Assembly: GCA_001179505.1 (NCBI GenBank)
Contig: CDMY01000367.1
Coordinates: forward strand, 1-64,000
Length of the DNA stretch: 64,000 bases
Origin: Vitrella brassicaformis CCMP3155
Lineage: Eukaryota; Protista; Chromerida
Direction of reading: 5' to 3'
Made by a program: the position numbers and the translations under genes. The notes below the pieces were generated by a model, which made no database searches, was not told where the DNA came from, and saw nothing but the letters and a program-made list of their open reading frames with translations. Below are positions 11,858-25,207 of the stretch, in pieces. Within the stretch, counting starts at the first letter, position 1, and every line of letters starts with the position of its first letter.

Positions 11858-14800
11858 CTAAAAATAACGCCCCTGCACCGGGCCCTGGTTCATGATAGGC
11901 CAGAAGCCCTGCTGGTGCTGGGGGATCACTGCACGCGCCCCTCTGCCCTGGTAGTCGACCCCCTGGACCACTTGGGGCGGCTGGGGCCCGTAGCCATAGC
12001 CGAATGCCGGGCCGCAGGGGGCTGGAGCTGGCGAGGGAACGGGTGCGTTGCGCATGTCGCGGAGGTGGGCGAGGATGCGCTCGAAGGATGGCCGCTGCGA
12101 TGGTTCGTGCGCCCAACACAGCTCCATCAACCGCCTGACAGTACAGTGACACACACGCACACGCAGCGACGTATGTGCATACATGTGTCGTGTCCTCCTT
12201 CACGCCATGCGATGCGATGCGATGCGTGTCTGTGTGTCTATCTGATCTGTATCACTCACTCACCGCATCTCGTGTGGGCAGTCCCTGCCGATGAGTCTGA
12301 GGTCCGGCCGTCTGCCCTTTGCCACGGCCAGCCCCACCCCCACCGGCGGTAGCCCCAACTCCTCGTAAGGAATCCGACGCGCGAACAGCTCATAGAGCAC
12401 GATGCCGTACGAGAAGACATCCACCGCCGCGCCGTAGGGCCGCCCCTCCAGCACCTCTGGCGCCATCCAGTGGTAGGTACCCGCGGCGCCCGTCATGACG
12501 GCGTTCTTGCTCGTGGCGGCGGGGAAGGATGGCGCGCCGAAGAGGCGGGAGAGGCCGAAGTCGCTGACCTTGACGGTCGGCAGGTCGCTGGGGGAGACGA
12601 GCTGCTCGGACAGCAGGAGGTTGAGGGACTTGAGGTCCCTGTGGACGATCGGCGGATTGCACGTGTGCAGGAAGGTCATCCCCTGATTGATTGAGGCACA
12701 CACACGGGGGGCAACAGACACAGTGAGAATGAATCGGACGTTCAACGCAACGCTCGTGTCCTCTCCTCTCCCCCTCAGCTCGCTCACCTTTGCAACGTCG
12801 ATGGCGATCTTGAGCTTCTGCTGCCACGAGAGAGTGGTGTTGGGGTGGTTGTGCAGCAGGTCGAACAGTGTCCCGCCGGCACAGTACTCGGTGATGACAC
12901 ACAGGGGCGGCCGCTTGGTGACCATGCCCATGAACAGCACCAGGTTGGGATGCCGCAATCGCCGCATGATCTGCAGCTCCCGCAGGAACTCCTGCAGCGC
13001 CCTCTGCTGGCCGCCGCCCCCCTCTGCCATCCGCCGCAGGTCGTCCAGTGACAGGAAAGTGCTGAGCCGCTTGATGGCCACCTCTGTGCCGCGCCACATG
13101 CCTCGGTAGACCTCGCTCGTCGCTCCGCTGCCCACGCGCTCGCCGAAGGTGAGCTCGTGCGGCGGCACCTCCCACTCGGCCGTGGGGGCCCCGTCGCTAG
13201 ACTCACTGGGGCTGTCCCTATCCCTCGCCGCCTTGCCGGCGGGATGCCGCTCCCTGTCCCTTTCCCTGTCTCGATCTCTCCGTTTGTGTGCTCTCTTCCT
13301 GGCGACCGTCTGGAGCGTGGCGTCTAGCTCCTGCAGGGCTCTGGACCGGTCGATGCTGGCCTGGGACTGGTCGTTGGAGGAGGAAGAGGGCTGGGTGTCC
13401 TGGAAACGCACCCACTCTGTCGGCGTGGGTGGTGTGGCAGCAGCGGGAGGGGTGTGAGGGGGGGAGGGGCTTGCAGGCGGCTGTGGCTGTGGCTGTCTGT
13501 CCGTGTCCCCATGGCGGCTCCTCTCCATTGCCTTGGACGACTGATTGGACGGAGGGCCGGACACCGCTTCATGCGACGGGTGTGACGGCCGGGCGGGCGG
13601 TGCTGGTGGTCTGAAGTTGGGTTTGATGAACTCCATGCCTTCATGCTCACGCTTGGCCCGACCCTGCCACCCCATCCGCGGCTCGCGGCCGCCCAAATAC
13701 GCCGACCGGGCCTCGTTCTCGGCCACCACCGCCCTGTGCAGCTCATTCGTGTTGAGATCGAACGGATTGCGGCCGCCAGTGACGGCTGATGGGGGAGGGG
13801 TGAGGCTCCTCGCTGGCTCCTGTGGTGGGGCCTTGGATGCATCGCTGATGGGTTGGTTGTCGGCGGCCTTCGGTGACGACTCCGTCTGGTTGTGCTGCAT
13901 GTGTGTGATGGCGCCAGGAGCGCTGAGTGGACCGGTCTTGTCAGTCGACCGACTTGGTGGTTTGCGGGGCGCGGGGAGGGGCGAGAAGAGGTCCACACAC
14001 GCCACGGGGATGGTGCGCTTGTCGCTCCGCCTCCTCGCCACCCGCATATGCAGCGGTCTGCCGGGCAGGATCTTGACGCCCTCCCCAGTCCCATCTCTGC
14101 CAACGGGTGTCGGCGGGCTGGATGGGGGCGCTGCGGGTGGAGATGATGGCTCAGGTGGTGTGACGGGAGGCGGAGGGGGCGAGGGGGGGAATCGCGCTGA
14201 TGTGGAGGCGAGCAGCAGCTCGTCATCGTCGTCGATCAGCTTGGCGACGGCATCCTTCAGCTCGGCCGACTGCTGTTTGCCGAGGCTTCTTTTGTCGTCT
14301 GATACTGTTGCCGCGCTGATGTCCGACCCCTGCATGCTGCCCTGCCGGTGCATGAAGGTCTCGAACGACTCGTCCAGCAGCTTGAGGGCACAAGACGTCT
14401 CGAAGGCATCTTGGAAGGGCTTCGAGGGCTCGGGCGAGCCGGGAGATGCCGGTTGTGGCGGCGGCGATGCTGACGATAGCTCGTCTGCCTCCTGCACGTC
14501 CTTGAACTCATCGTCGTCCACTTCAGCGGTGACGGCGGCAGGAGGAGCAGGCTGGCTCTCTTGCAGTTCCTCCTCAGGCCCTTCGTCGTCGCTGTCACGC
14601 TCTGACTCGAAGGGGCAGAAGTCCAGCGACGAACGCCCGCTCTCGCTGAGCTGCTCGCGCCTCTCGTCGCCCTTCTGCTCACCATCCTCTCCTTCCCCCT
14701 CTCCCTCTTCCTGGCTGCTGTCCTCACTGGGAGTCCAGTCAGCCACCCAATCCGGCGCATTGATGTTGTAATGCGGGAGGTCCGCCACCGCCCCAAAGTC

Positions 14801-17800
14801 ACTCGGCCACCCCATGTCTGTGGCGCCTTCAGCCAGGAAGGGCACATGAGTCGGCCGGGGCTGGCCACCATCTTGCTGCTCCTTGAGAGGGGTGAGGAAG
14901 GGGGACGGGGTCCTCTCCTGGTGTGAACCGAATTGCGTCCACCCTGCAGGTGACCCTGACCCGCACGACGACACGGGCGACCCCCCATCGTCGTCTCGCT
15001 TTCTCTGCCTCCTCAGCAGCAGAGGCTGACACGGGTGGCTCTGACACAGAAACGGGTCAGGCTCGGGGCTGCCCGGCAGCTGCACCGCCGCCACGCTCTC
15101 AAGCACTCGTGTGAGCTTTGGCGGGAGGTCGATGGATGGCTCGAATGCCGGATGCTGTTCCTGTGGCTGTGGCTGTTGCTGAGGTGGGGGTGTGGGGGTG
15201 GTCGGCGTGGTTGGGTTGGACTCTGCGGACGAGTAGTTGCCGGTGCGTGTGGAGTCGGTGCCACTGCTGTTAAACGGAGGGAGGCCGTCGAAGAGGTCGA
15301 CAAGCAGAGGAGGGGGCGGGTCGAGACGATACAGGCCCGGGTACAGCGGCCGCAGAGACGACAGCAAACCTGACAGGCACACACACATACATACAAGAAT
15401 CCATCCATGGCAGGTCAGGTACCGTCCCACCACCCAACCCAACGTACCTGTGATGTTGTGGAGTACAGTGACGAACTCCACATACTTGCCTCTCAGCCCC
15501 GTCAGCCCCTCCGCAAGCTCACGCCGCCTCACCTCTCTCTGTCCCTTTTCCCCTTCCTCTTCCCCACCACCACAGCCACAACCATCCTTGCCGCGGCTCT
15601 GCGCATGGTACTTGAGCACTAGCGCGCCGGCAAGGTGTGTGACGGTGCCCAGAAGCCCCTGCAGCTCGTCAAGCAGCGGCTGCAGCGCGCTGATGAGCAG
15701 GGCGGTGGAGGGGGAGGCGGAGGGCGATACCGGCTCCATCGGCAGGCACTGCAGCAGGAAGGCCGTGAGCGCGTACACGGGTTTGGCGAAGTGCAGGAGG
15801 CTGTCGACCATTGATGGCGTGACAGGCGATGAGTCGGGTTCCAGCTCGGCCGCACGATCGAGGTCCAGATCGTAACGTGACAGGTAGTGCTCCAACGACC
15901 AGTTTCCTACAGACACACACAGCACATTCACGTTAGTTAACATGGACGGACCATGACCATGACAGGCCCTCTCCTCTCTGATTGATGTGTCCGGCTGACC
16001 TTGGAAGAAGTGCGGCCCCTTCTGGTGTGTGGTCATCTTCAGCAGCAGCAACTCACAGTAGTCGGTCATGGCCGCCAGCGACACGGCCGACGTGTCGTCA
16101 TCATCGTCAGTGTCATAGCCGTCACCCTCGAGGACGTCCTTCTTGCGCTTCTCGTCGCGCAAGCCCTTCTGCGGGAGCCAAGCTGAGTGCAGCTTCTGGA
16201 GCAGCTCTCTGATGGACGGCTGGGCGGTGATGGTGGTGGGCCCCTGCTGCATGGCACGGTGCAGCACTATCAGCGCCTTGAAGGCCACCACACGGTCGGT
16301 GAGCACGGGGCGCTCCTACATGGAATCAGACACGACACAGGCGCACAATTTAGCCGTGCCGTCAGTGTGTTGTGTCGGTGTCTTGTGCTGTTTTGTTCTC
16401 TCTCAGGTACCTCGATGCATTTGGCCAGGTGGGCGGTGCCGTTTGGCATCGTCCACAAGTCCAGCACAATACGCTGGAGGGCCACTAAATCCGCAGCAGA
16501 CACGCAACTGACAACAAGGGACACAACAGGGTACACACAATGCGAGCCAAAGCGTCTCGTCGATGTGTGGCTCGTGCGCTGTGTCGCGTACCTCTCTGTG
16601 GCTTTGGCGACCGATCGCAGCTGCATGGAGGCCACCATGGGCTTGTCCCCCTCGACCTGCGCCTCGCTCTCCTCACTACTCGTGTCGCTGCTGCACTCCG
16701 GTCGCCACGCGAAGCTGCAGCCCCAACCGTCCTCTGTCACCTGCTTCTCCTCTTGAACACCCCTCACGCCACCGGCAACAGCAGACGAATCCACTTGCCT
16801 CTCAACATCCACAGCGACATCGGCCACCTCTTTGTGCTGGGGAGACGACTCGTGCAGGGGAGACTCATTACCGGTGTCGTCAGTGGTGACCGGCGCTGGG
16901 TCGGTCTCCACCCCTGCCGGCCGCCGGAGCCTCCCACCCCAGCCACAAGTGCCACTGATGGCCTCGTCCATGACCGAGCCATTGAACTTGAGCTCATCCC
17001 GCACATACTTATGCGGAGACCGGATGGTCAGCGCCGAAGAGTGACACCGCCGCAGACGGTGAGCTGCCGGCAGGGGTGGCAGACTGAGGTCCTGCTCTGT
17101 GCGCCACCTCGGCGCCCGCCTCACTGGGCTGGAGTCGTCCTCCCACGCCAAAGGGTTGGCCGTGGCCGTCTGGGAGCTGACAGAGATGTTGCGGGTGATC
17201 CAGTCGAACGACATGGCTGTGTCAGAATCGTCGGACGGCATGCGGATGGGCACCGACTTGGATGAGGACGGCAGGGGGATGGTGGTGCTGCTGCTGCGGC
17301 GCTCCCGCAGGTGGGCCAGGTGCGCTCTGATCTCTGGTAGTGCCGGTCTGCGTGTGGGCAGTGGGTGTGTGAGGGATCTGAGGAGGTCGTGCAGGGCCTG
17401 GGAGTAGAGGGACGACGGGGGGATGCGGAGGCGGGCGAAGGAGGTGTCCTTGAGCGACGAGTCGTGCGATGAGGGGGAGCTCTCCGGGATGATACAACCA
17501 TGCCTCTGCCTGCACTCACACACACACACACACGGAGAAGATTGCAGACAGCGCTTCCTTCCGCTTGTCATTGTCCTGGTGCGAAGTGACCTCTCCTTCG
17601 CTGTTGGCTGTGCGGCTGAGGGCTTCTTGTTTGTCCTCTTGTCGTGTGCGGGCTCGTGTGCGAGTGCCTTCTTGAAGCAGACGTCATACATGAGACAGGT
17701 CAGCTGTGAGAGGTCACGAGAGACGCCATCCTCGCGAGAAACTTCTGGCAATCCACACCTGTGTGTGTCATACACACACAGCAAACAAACGCCCACAACC

Positions 17801-18941
17801 GTCACAGCCAGCACGCTTCCTCCGTCGACGTATTTATGCTCATTCACTCACCTTCTAAAATAGTCGTAGTAGGTGGCCTTGGTGGCCGCTGCAGCCCTCT
17901 CGTCACTCTCCACCTGTGCCTCCACCCCCACCACTCCCGCCCGCTTCTTCAGCAGCCCGTGGTGCATCTCCTCCATCTCGATCTCGCCACCCCTGACCGC
18001 ACCACCACTCCCCCTCTCACCCCCACCGCTTGCAGCACGCTTCATGCGCTTCATCCGATCGGTTGGCCGTCTGCGCATGTGCGCCCCGCGAGAGACGGAA
18101 TGCCTGGGTCGGTAGAATGAGGGTGAGCCGTCCGGCGGCATGCGTGCTGCCCTGGTGAAGGTCTTGAGGCGAGGGGTGCCATCGGTGTCCAGCCACACAT
18201 CGCTCAGTGACAGACGGCCCATGCAGATGTCCTGAAGACACACACCACACGGAGGATGATGCGATGCGACTACACAGAGAGCAGAGAGAGGGAGGGGTTT
18301 GCCTTTGCTGTGCACTGCACTGCACCTGTGTGTGGAGGAAGTCGACAGCGTCGCAAATGTGGGCAAAGAGCCGCGTGACATCATCTTCGTGCAGGTAGGG
18401 CCTGGTTACGGCCTCCCCAGCGCGACGAGTTGGCGGCGTCAGACCCATCACCCAGCGAAACGGACCATCACTCCGCTCCAAACACTGAACGAACGAGCAC
18501 AACACAACACACGGTCACCGTCCCAGCCAACGGCCGGTTGTCACTCTGCTTGTTGTGTGTTCCTACCTGTTTGAGTGTGCCGACGGGCCAGTAGGCGAAG
18601 AGCGTGACAGCACGCACTCCTCCGTCAGGCAGGGCGTCCACCCGACCGCCACACACTCCCAGACTCCCCTTCCCGCCCTTGGCCTCAATGACCCGCACCA
18701 CCTCCATCTCAGCGGCCGATGCCTCCAGCCGCCTCCTGCCCTCCCTCTTACCATCATGGCCATCCGTCGGCTGCTGTGGAACGATCTGGACACTCCGCAG
18801 GGCCACAGGGTCGCCGGATTGCTCAACCTTGCCTCGGAAGACGGCGACGTGGCGGGTTTCTTCAAAGACGTCTCGCAGCCGGACCTTGCCCTGAGCACCC
18901 ACCTCGATGGGCGCATCAGGGACGCTTGAGCAAGTGCCCAT
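11858..18941 (-). CDS. NAK-like pseudokinase + ANTH/ENTH domain + Pro-rich linker + C-terminal tyrosine-kinase-like (MLK/RAF-like) kinase
   Basis: C-terminal kinase has GSGATSEVYRG, VAIK, HRDLKSLN, DFG and GTYHWMAPE. ANTH-like VAKAT...DRVVAFKALIVLHRAMQQGP at about 16640-16250. N-terminal degenerate kinase (LHEDDVTRLFAHICDAVDFLH; YSQALHDLLRSLTHPLPTRRP). Start MGTCSS. Junctions checked are phase-compatible. Confidence 0.8.
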
Positions 18942-19339
18942 AAGATGTTAACAGACGGTGGGTGGGGATCTGTCTGCTGACCTCCCCGTCAGCTGTTGTT
19001 CTGACAGAGTCTCGAGTTTGTCATCGCCAGATGGGACAGATGAAGCAAAAGAAAAGGGGTCACATGGCTGCGCGAGAGCACCTCATTCACCACGCTTGTG
19101 TGTTGGGGGGGGAAGTAGAAAGGAAAATCAGTTGTCAACATTTGCGAGCTTGAGACGAACTGGGGGGCGAGTTTCTCGCCCCCACCTCCCTTTTTGCATG
19201 CGGAGGATTTCTTCCACGTCACATATCGTGCGGACCGAGGACCATGTGCACAACACGAGGAAACCATTGACCACAGCGTTTCTTGACCCCGTTGTCTCAC
19301 ACGCACACGTCTACACTGAGTGTCTCTGCCTCACTCCGC

Positions 19340-22300
19340 TCAGCCACTCGCCAGCTTAGTTATCACAAACACATTGATGGGCGCCAGCAAAGCCCACAGC
19401 ACGCCCACGAACCCCACCCTCACCCAGCCGCCCTCATGCCCATGCCACCCCGTCCACACCACTACCTGCGGCAAAGCGATCTCGCACACCTCCACCACCA
19501 CCAGCCCCACGGACGCGCCCACACCCAGCGCCACAGCAGCCGTCAGCAGCCACTGGCCACGCTGCTCGATGTCCGTCCCATGGTCCTGCGGGCCGCCCTT
19601 CATGCGGCTCTCCAGCGAGGGGTGGCACCTCCACCCCAAAGATATGCCTCTTCCGCCGCGCTTGGTCGTCTTCTTGGCCCGTGCTGGCTTGGGAATCAGA
19701 GGTTTGCCGCCCCTCGCGCGTGGCGGCCGGCCCTTATCGGCTGCCGTGAGTGATGCCGAGCCGAAGGATGCCAGTCTGGCCGCCTCCATCAGCTCCGGCT
19801 CACGCAACACCACAGACGGGCTGGCTGTGGTGGCCGCGTATTTCTTGCCTGCTGAGGCCTTGCCGCCGTTGGGCAGCTTAAGTGGTTTGGGTGCCGCCGA
19901 CCTGGCGCTGTGTGAGGCGGATTTGGGTGAGGGCGGGGGCTGCTTCCGGTTGATGACCGAGAATGCGACACAGAGACACCCCCACAGTGCGAGCACCAGG
20001 CAGCAGAGGATGGCTGCGTTGACGAGAGGGTAGTACCGCCCCGGCTCAACGAAATTGACCACCTCTGCCAGCAGACACACTGTCCCACCGTTCTCAGTCT
20101 CGCAGCAGCAGGACCATGTGAGCAGGCCCCATGAAGGCAGCAAAGCCACCAGGGGGGTCAGCAGGTCCAGAAAGATGCCCCGCAGCCCCAGCTGGAAGGT
20201 ATATCGGCGTGGCGGGGGCTGCTGTCTGTTCTCGGCTCGCTGCTGGCAGAGGTAGAGCAGGGCGAAGTCGATTACGAGTGCCGGTACGGCCGCGCCGACG
20301 GCATAGACGAGGTGCATCCAGATGTAGAAGGAGTCTGGCTCGCATCGCAGCGGGGTGGGGGTGGACAGGTGGGACATAGACGAGAAGATGCCCGCCCAGT
20401 CGTCGTCGCCATGATGGAAGGAGCTCACACCCAACACAGCACTGCGAATCGCCTACATGTAATGAGAACGAGCGAATGCAGAGACGGCCAGGCGTGTATC
20501 GGTGTTTGTTGATGTGATGTATGCAGGGGTTGTTTGCCACATGCTATGCTTACCATGGCAACAAAGAAGGCCGACACGGCTCCGCTCACAAAGGTGGCGG
20601 CCCGCCATGCAACCCCAGTGGACGCCGACATGGCCCCAATGCCTGTCCTCCTCCTGGCGCTCCTGCTGCCCCCACCCTGACTGGCATGGTGCTCGTTCCC
20701 ATCCACGTCGGGGTTGGTCTCTGTCGCACCATCCGTCTCTGTCAGGCCATCCACCACCACCACCGACGGGCCGCTCTCGAATGCCTCCTCCTCTGGGCGG
20801 TAGTCGTATGTGGCCTTGCGGAGTGCTCTCCTTGGGCAGGATTGGCCAATGATGCGCTTTGGTGGGGGGATGGGGATGGATGGGCAGAGGGGCAGGAGGG
20901 CCAGGAAGGCCCGGTAGATGAGGATGAGAACGGACGCGGCGGCGAAGATGAAGGCGACTAGGGCGATGGTCAGCCAGGGGCTGTGCCAGTGAGCTACCAG
21001 CCACACCTGAACAAAAATGACGAACAGTGATCGCGGCGCATCGTCCCTTTGAAGTGTTTTTCTCTCCGTCTTTCCTTGACAGCGCCAATCGCATCAATGA
21101 GGGCTAGTGCGGTAGGGGGTGATGTCATGAGTGTCCATGGCCAGGCCCACGAGAGGGGCAGGAACGGCGAAAGGCAGCTCAAGACACACCACACACCGGC
21201 ATGAAGACCACGCAATCGGGCAGACTCCTGCAATCGATTAAGATCAGTCAGTTAGTTGCTGAGAGGGGGATGGATGCACTGCGGTCGTTCACCTTTGGGC
21301 TGGATGTGCCGCCCATCATGTCGATGAAGGTGTCAAAACCCCACGCCCACACTACAGCCTGACAGAACACGTCGACGAAGAGATCATTCTTCCACCATGC
21401 ACTCTCTCTCTCTCTCTCGTGTCGGACGCACCAGCAGCACAGTCACACTGAGACAGATGGTCTTGAGCGTGTGAACCTTCTCCTTCCCAGCCGCCGCCAC
21501 CCTTGAACCCTGCCCCCGCTCCTCCCGACTCGACCCGCTACTCAGCGTCTCCTCCATACGACGCCCGTCCCCCGATATCTGCCGCTTGGCACCGCCGCCG
21601 CCCTCCGGAAACGGCACATTGGACGCAGTGGGTGTGAGGTCAGCCCCGCAACCGTGGGATGGGTGGCCGTCTGACACGCCACCACTTGCAGACTGGCTGG
21701 CAGATGGCGCAGGCGACGGCCGCTCGGTCTTGACGGCGACGCTCGTATGCCACTGCCGCCCGACGGGTGGGCTATCCAGAGCGGCGTCTCCACCCTCTTG
21801 TGACGCCACTGTCGGTGGTGGCCTCTCGCCTTGCTGAAGGCCTGATGCAGGGGGACTCTCAGCCGCCGCCTTGCGTACAGCATCGAGCAACAGGGAGCGG
21901 CGGAACGACCGGCTGCTGCCCCCCGCAGCCATGTCGATCTTCATGCTCGCCCTCTCTAGCAGGAACTGATGCCGCGACGCGTGGGCCAAGGATGAGTGTG
22001 GGTATGGTGACAGGGTGCAGAGGAGCTTGGACGTCCCGAGCACCCAGACCTCGGCCGTCTGCTCGTCAGCGGTGAAAAAGTCGTAGGAGCGTGTGGGCGT
22101 GAGGAGGGAGAAGGCGCAGTAGGGCGGGATGGCGGACGGCAGCACGCGCCACAGGCATGGGTTGGCTTGCAGGCCGAAGATCAGCGCCTGGACGGTCGAG
22201 AGGGAGACGGACTTGTGCTTCTGCTGCCTCGTCGCCGATGGCGTCTGGGGCTTGGCTGTGTCCCTCCGCCAGCAAAGGCGCCACTCGCGCCGGTCGCCAT

Positions 22301-24872
22301 CGCACTGCAGCCATGCGAACTGCTCACGACAGCGATGAGGGGCCTTCGACGTGACCTGGAGGGAATACACGACCATCATCAGCCGGGATGCTTTCCCTTG
22401 GTTGGCCGTTCCACACAGCCATGCCAGCCAGCATACCTTGGTGAGGGCGGTTCCTTTCATGAGGACTTTGAGCTCTTTCAGCGGTGCCTCGCGCGATGCT
22501 GCACGGCGCGACAGGCGGCGCTGCCTGACCTGCTCGAGGGCCAGCGAGGTGCGGCTGAGGTCAGACTGCAGGGCCTCCCTGGCCTTCTCGCTCGCCTCCA
22601 GTGAGCCTTGCAGATAGGCCTCACCACGCTCCTGCACCCAGGAGACAGACACTCAGATTAACGTCAGTCAGAGGGTGTCTGTCTCCCGGCACTTACCCAT
22701 TTTTCACGCGCCTCGGTTTCCTCTCGTAGTCTGTTCTCGATCTCTTCCCGCTCTTGCTCCTGCAATGCAATGCACACAGAGAGGCGCAAATAAGTCATAG
22801 ACAGACACTTTGTGGATCGGTCAGCGTCGACCGAACAGACAGACCTGCAGCTGCATCTGCAGCCTGAGGGATGCCAGCTCGGCCTCCACCCTCTCCAGCC
22901 CTCCCCCACTGCCCACCGCCTCCAATGCCGCCCGGCCTTGCTCCTCCCTCTCACGCACCTCACGCACATACTCCTCCTGCTGCGCCAGCTCCTGGGTCAG
23001 CTCGCCCAGCAGACTCTCACTCAGCGAATGATACCTGGCCAATGTGCCCTCCGATCGGACCAGCAGGCCCTTAAGCTTCTCGTTCTCCTCTTCCAGACCC
23101 CTGGTTGCCTCTTCGTTGTCTTGGCTTGCCCTCAACATAGCCGCTGCAGACTCCTCCCCTTGCTCATCAGCCACAGGGACAGGGGCTGGCCCTGTGTCTC
23201 CCTTTCTCTCGTCGAGACCAACGCTCGCACTGCTCAGCATTGGTGGCGGGCTGGGGTCGGCGTTAGTGTGGCTGGGGATGGGTCTGTCCCTCTCGGGAGG
23301 AGAGAAGCCCACAGGGTCGATCTCCTCAAATGGGGGCGACCGCGGGCGAGTGCGAGAGGGGCTGTCGGTGCCTTTGGGGATGGAGGAGAGGGGGAGGGGC
23401 GGCACCTGTCCCTGCGGGGGTGGAGAGGGAGGGGGAGGCTTGGATGGGGAGGGCGGATGGGACAGCTGCAAGGCTTCAATCGAGCCCTGCAGCTCACACA
23501 GCTTCTCGTCCAAAGTCAACGACCGGAGCGGCCTGCACGATAGACCAAAAGAACAAGAGACATGAATGGAGTGTGTGCTGGTGCTGCTCTGTGTCTGCTG
23601 CCCTTTACTTGTCTTGCTTACACTCGCTGGCTGATAGGTGTCCAGCTCCTCTGCACGGATGCCCCGTCGTCCATGTCAGCACCGTCATCCCCTTCCCCCA
23701 CCGATTCCTCTGTGGGGGGAGCGGCGATGCGTGGGAGAGCAGGGGGGCTCTCGTCCATACGTGTCGCCCCACGCCTGTTTCCAGGTGTCTTTGGCTGGTC
23801 CTGCACTGCAGCTGGCGATGGTGCAGCAAATGGAGCAGAAGGAGCCGTGTCGTCCCTCGCCATCCTCTCCTCCTCGGGCTCCTTCTGGCTGCGTGAAGTG
23901 GCGCTCTTCAGGTGGGGCGACGTGATGTCCGAGTGCATGGACGATGAGCCGGCCTCGAATGACGGTTCCTCCAGATCGACGCCCATCTGCTGGGGTGGTG
24001 ACCTGACGCCGGCTGACACCCTGGACTCCGATGGGGCCCTCGCATCCCACTGGTCGCTGGCAGACGCAGAGGGGCGGAGGGAGGCAGCGACACGCGCAGC
24101 CTTGGCCAGACTGCTGCTGTCTTCTTTCGCCGACCCAAAGGGTAATGCAGAGCCGCCTTTCTTCTCATCCTCGGGCTGTTGCTCCCTCTCCGCCCCCATC
24201 GCCACCACCCAGATCGCTCCGTCACTCTCATCGCCTGACCCCCTGTCGAAGGATGGCGCCGCAAAGAGGGCCTTCTCACGGGGCTCAGCAGCTCCGGCGT
24301 CCACCTGAGAAGCGCCGGGGGGCCTTGGCGGCAGACAAAGCACAACGGTGCTGTGCTGAAGCGGCCTGTCAGATCCGTCGGGAGGGCTGGAAAAAGTGGG
24401 CGTGTCGGGGGCCTGCCGGGCGTCCTCCTGATTGTCCTGTTGCTCCTTCAGATCAAGAAGTGGCCGAGGCCGCCCGGCCCTCGAGGCCCCATCATCCGTC
24501 CCCCCGCCTCTGTTGATCCTTCCCCGACCTCGTGGTGCGCCTCCTGCTTGAGCCGGCCGGCCCCTTTGAGTCATCGACGATGGCCGTGTCTGCCCAAGTC
24601 CGGCCGAGGGCGTCCTCTGTGGCTTTCGTGTCCCTCTGCGCAGCTGGGCAGCACCGCTCACGGCCATAGACGCAGACGAGATGCGAAGATTGCGAGGCGG
24701 ACGGGAGGCGTCTTTGTGAGGTCCGGCGAGGCTGGCGGCTTCATCAGACTCTGCTGTCGTGTTGGTGCGATGAGTAGCGGTGCGGCGGGCTCTGAACACA
24801 GTGAACAGCAGCGGCAAAATCAGATGAGGTTCGATGGTTTTCCTCGTCCTACCTTTCTTCCTGGGCCGCCAT
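19340..24872 (-). CDS. Hypothetical protein: disordered N-terminus, coiled coil, PLC/PRAF-type PH domain, about 9-10 transmembrane segments
   Basis: PH-like LMKGTALTK...SVSLSTVQALIFG...FSLLTPTRSYDFFTADEQTAEVWVLGTSKLL (about 22450-22020). Glu/Leu-rich coiled coil at about 23100-22540. Phase-0 junctions join it to hydrophobic exons 21358-21289, 21228-21083, 21006-20556 and 20452-19340. Confidence 0.6.
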
Positions 24873-25207
24873 GAACTGTTCTCTGAAGTGCTTGGTGCGC
24901 TCAGCCAATTCGTGGTGCCGCCGCAGGCATTCAATGGCCTCTGAAGCACCGCAGATGGACGCATTGATGGATGGACACAACCAAGACGATCCAAGACGGA
25001 CAGATCTGCGTTGTTCTCACCTTGCCTCAGATGTAGTTCGTACGCTTTTGTGGACTCTGCCATACTCCAACGGCAGAAAAAGAGCGGCGCACTCCTTTGG
25101 CCCCCAAAACCCGCGCACCGCGCTGGGGGCAGATCTTGAGAGGGAACATCAGCGGAACTTACGACGCCACATCCTTTCCTCACGAGCCCTCCACTCGGTA
25201 TAGCAGC

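Noticed and set aside
13545-14771. 408-aa + strand ORF, and many other long antisense or overlapping ORFs (e.g. 50829..51971, 42567..43718, 28890..29729)
   Set aside because: Shadow frames of real GC-rich genes or microsatellite-rich sequence; no recognisable motifs or splice logic.
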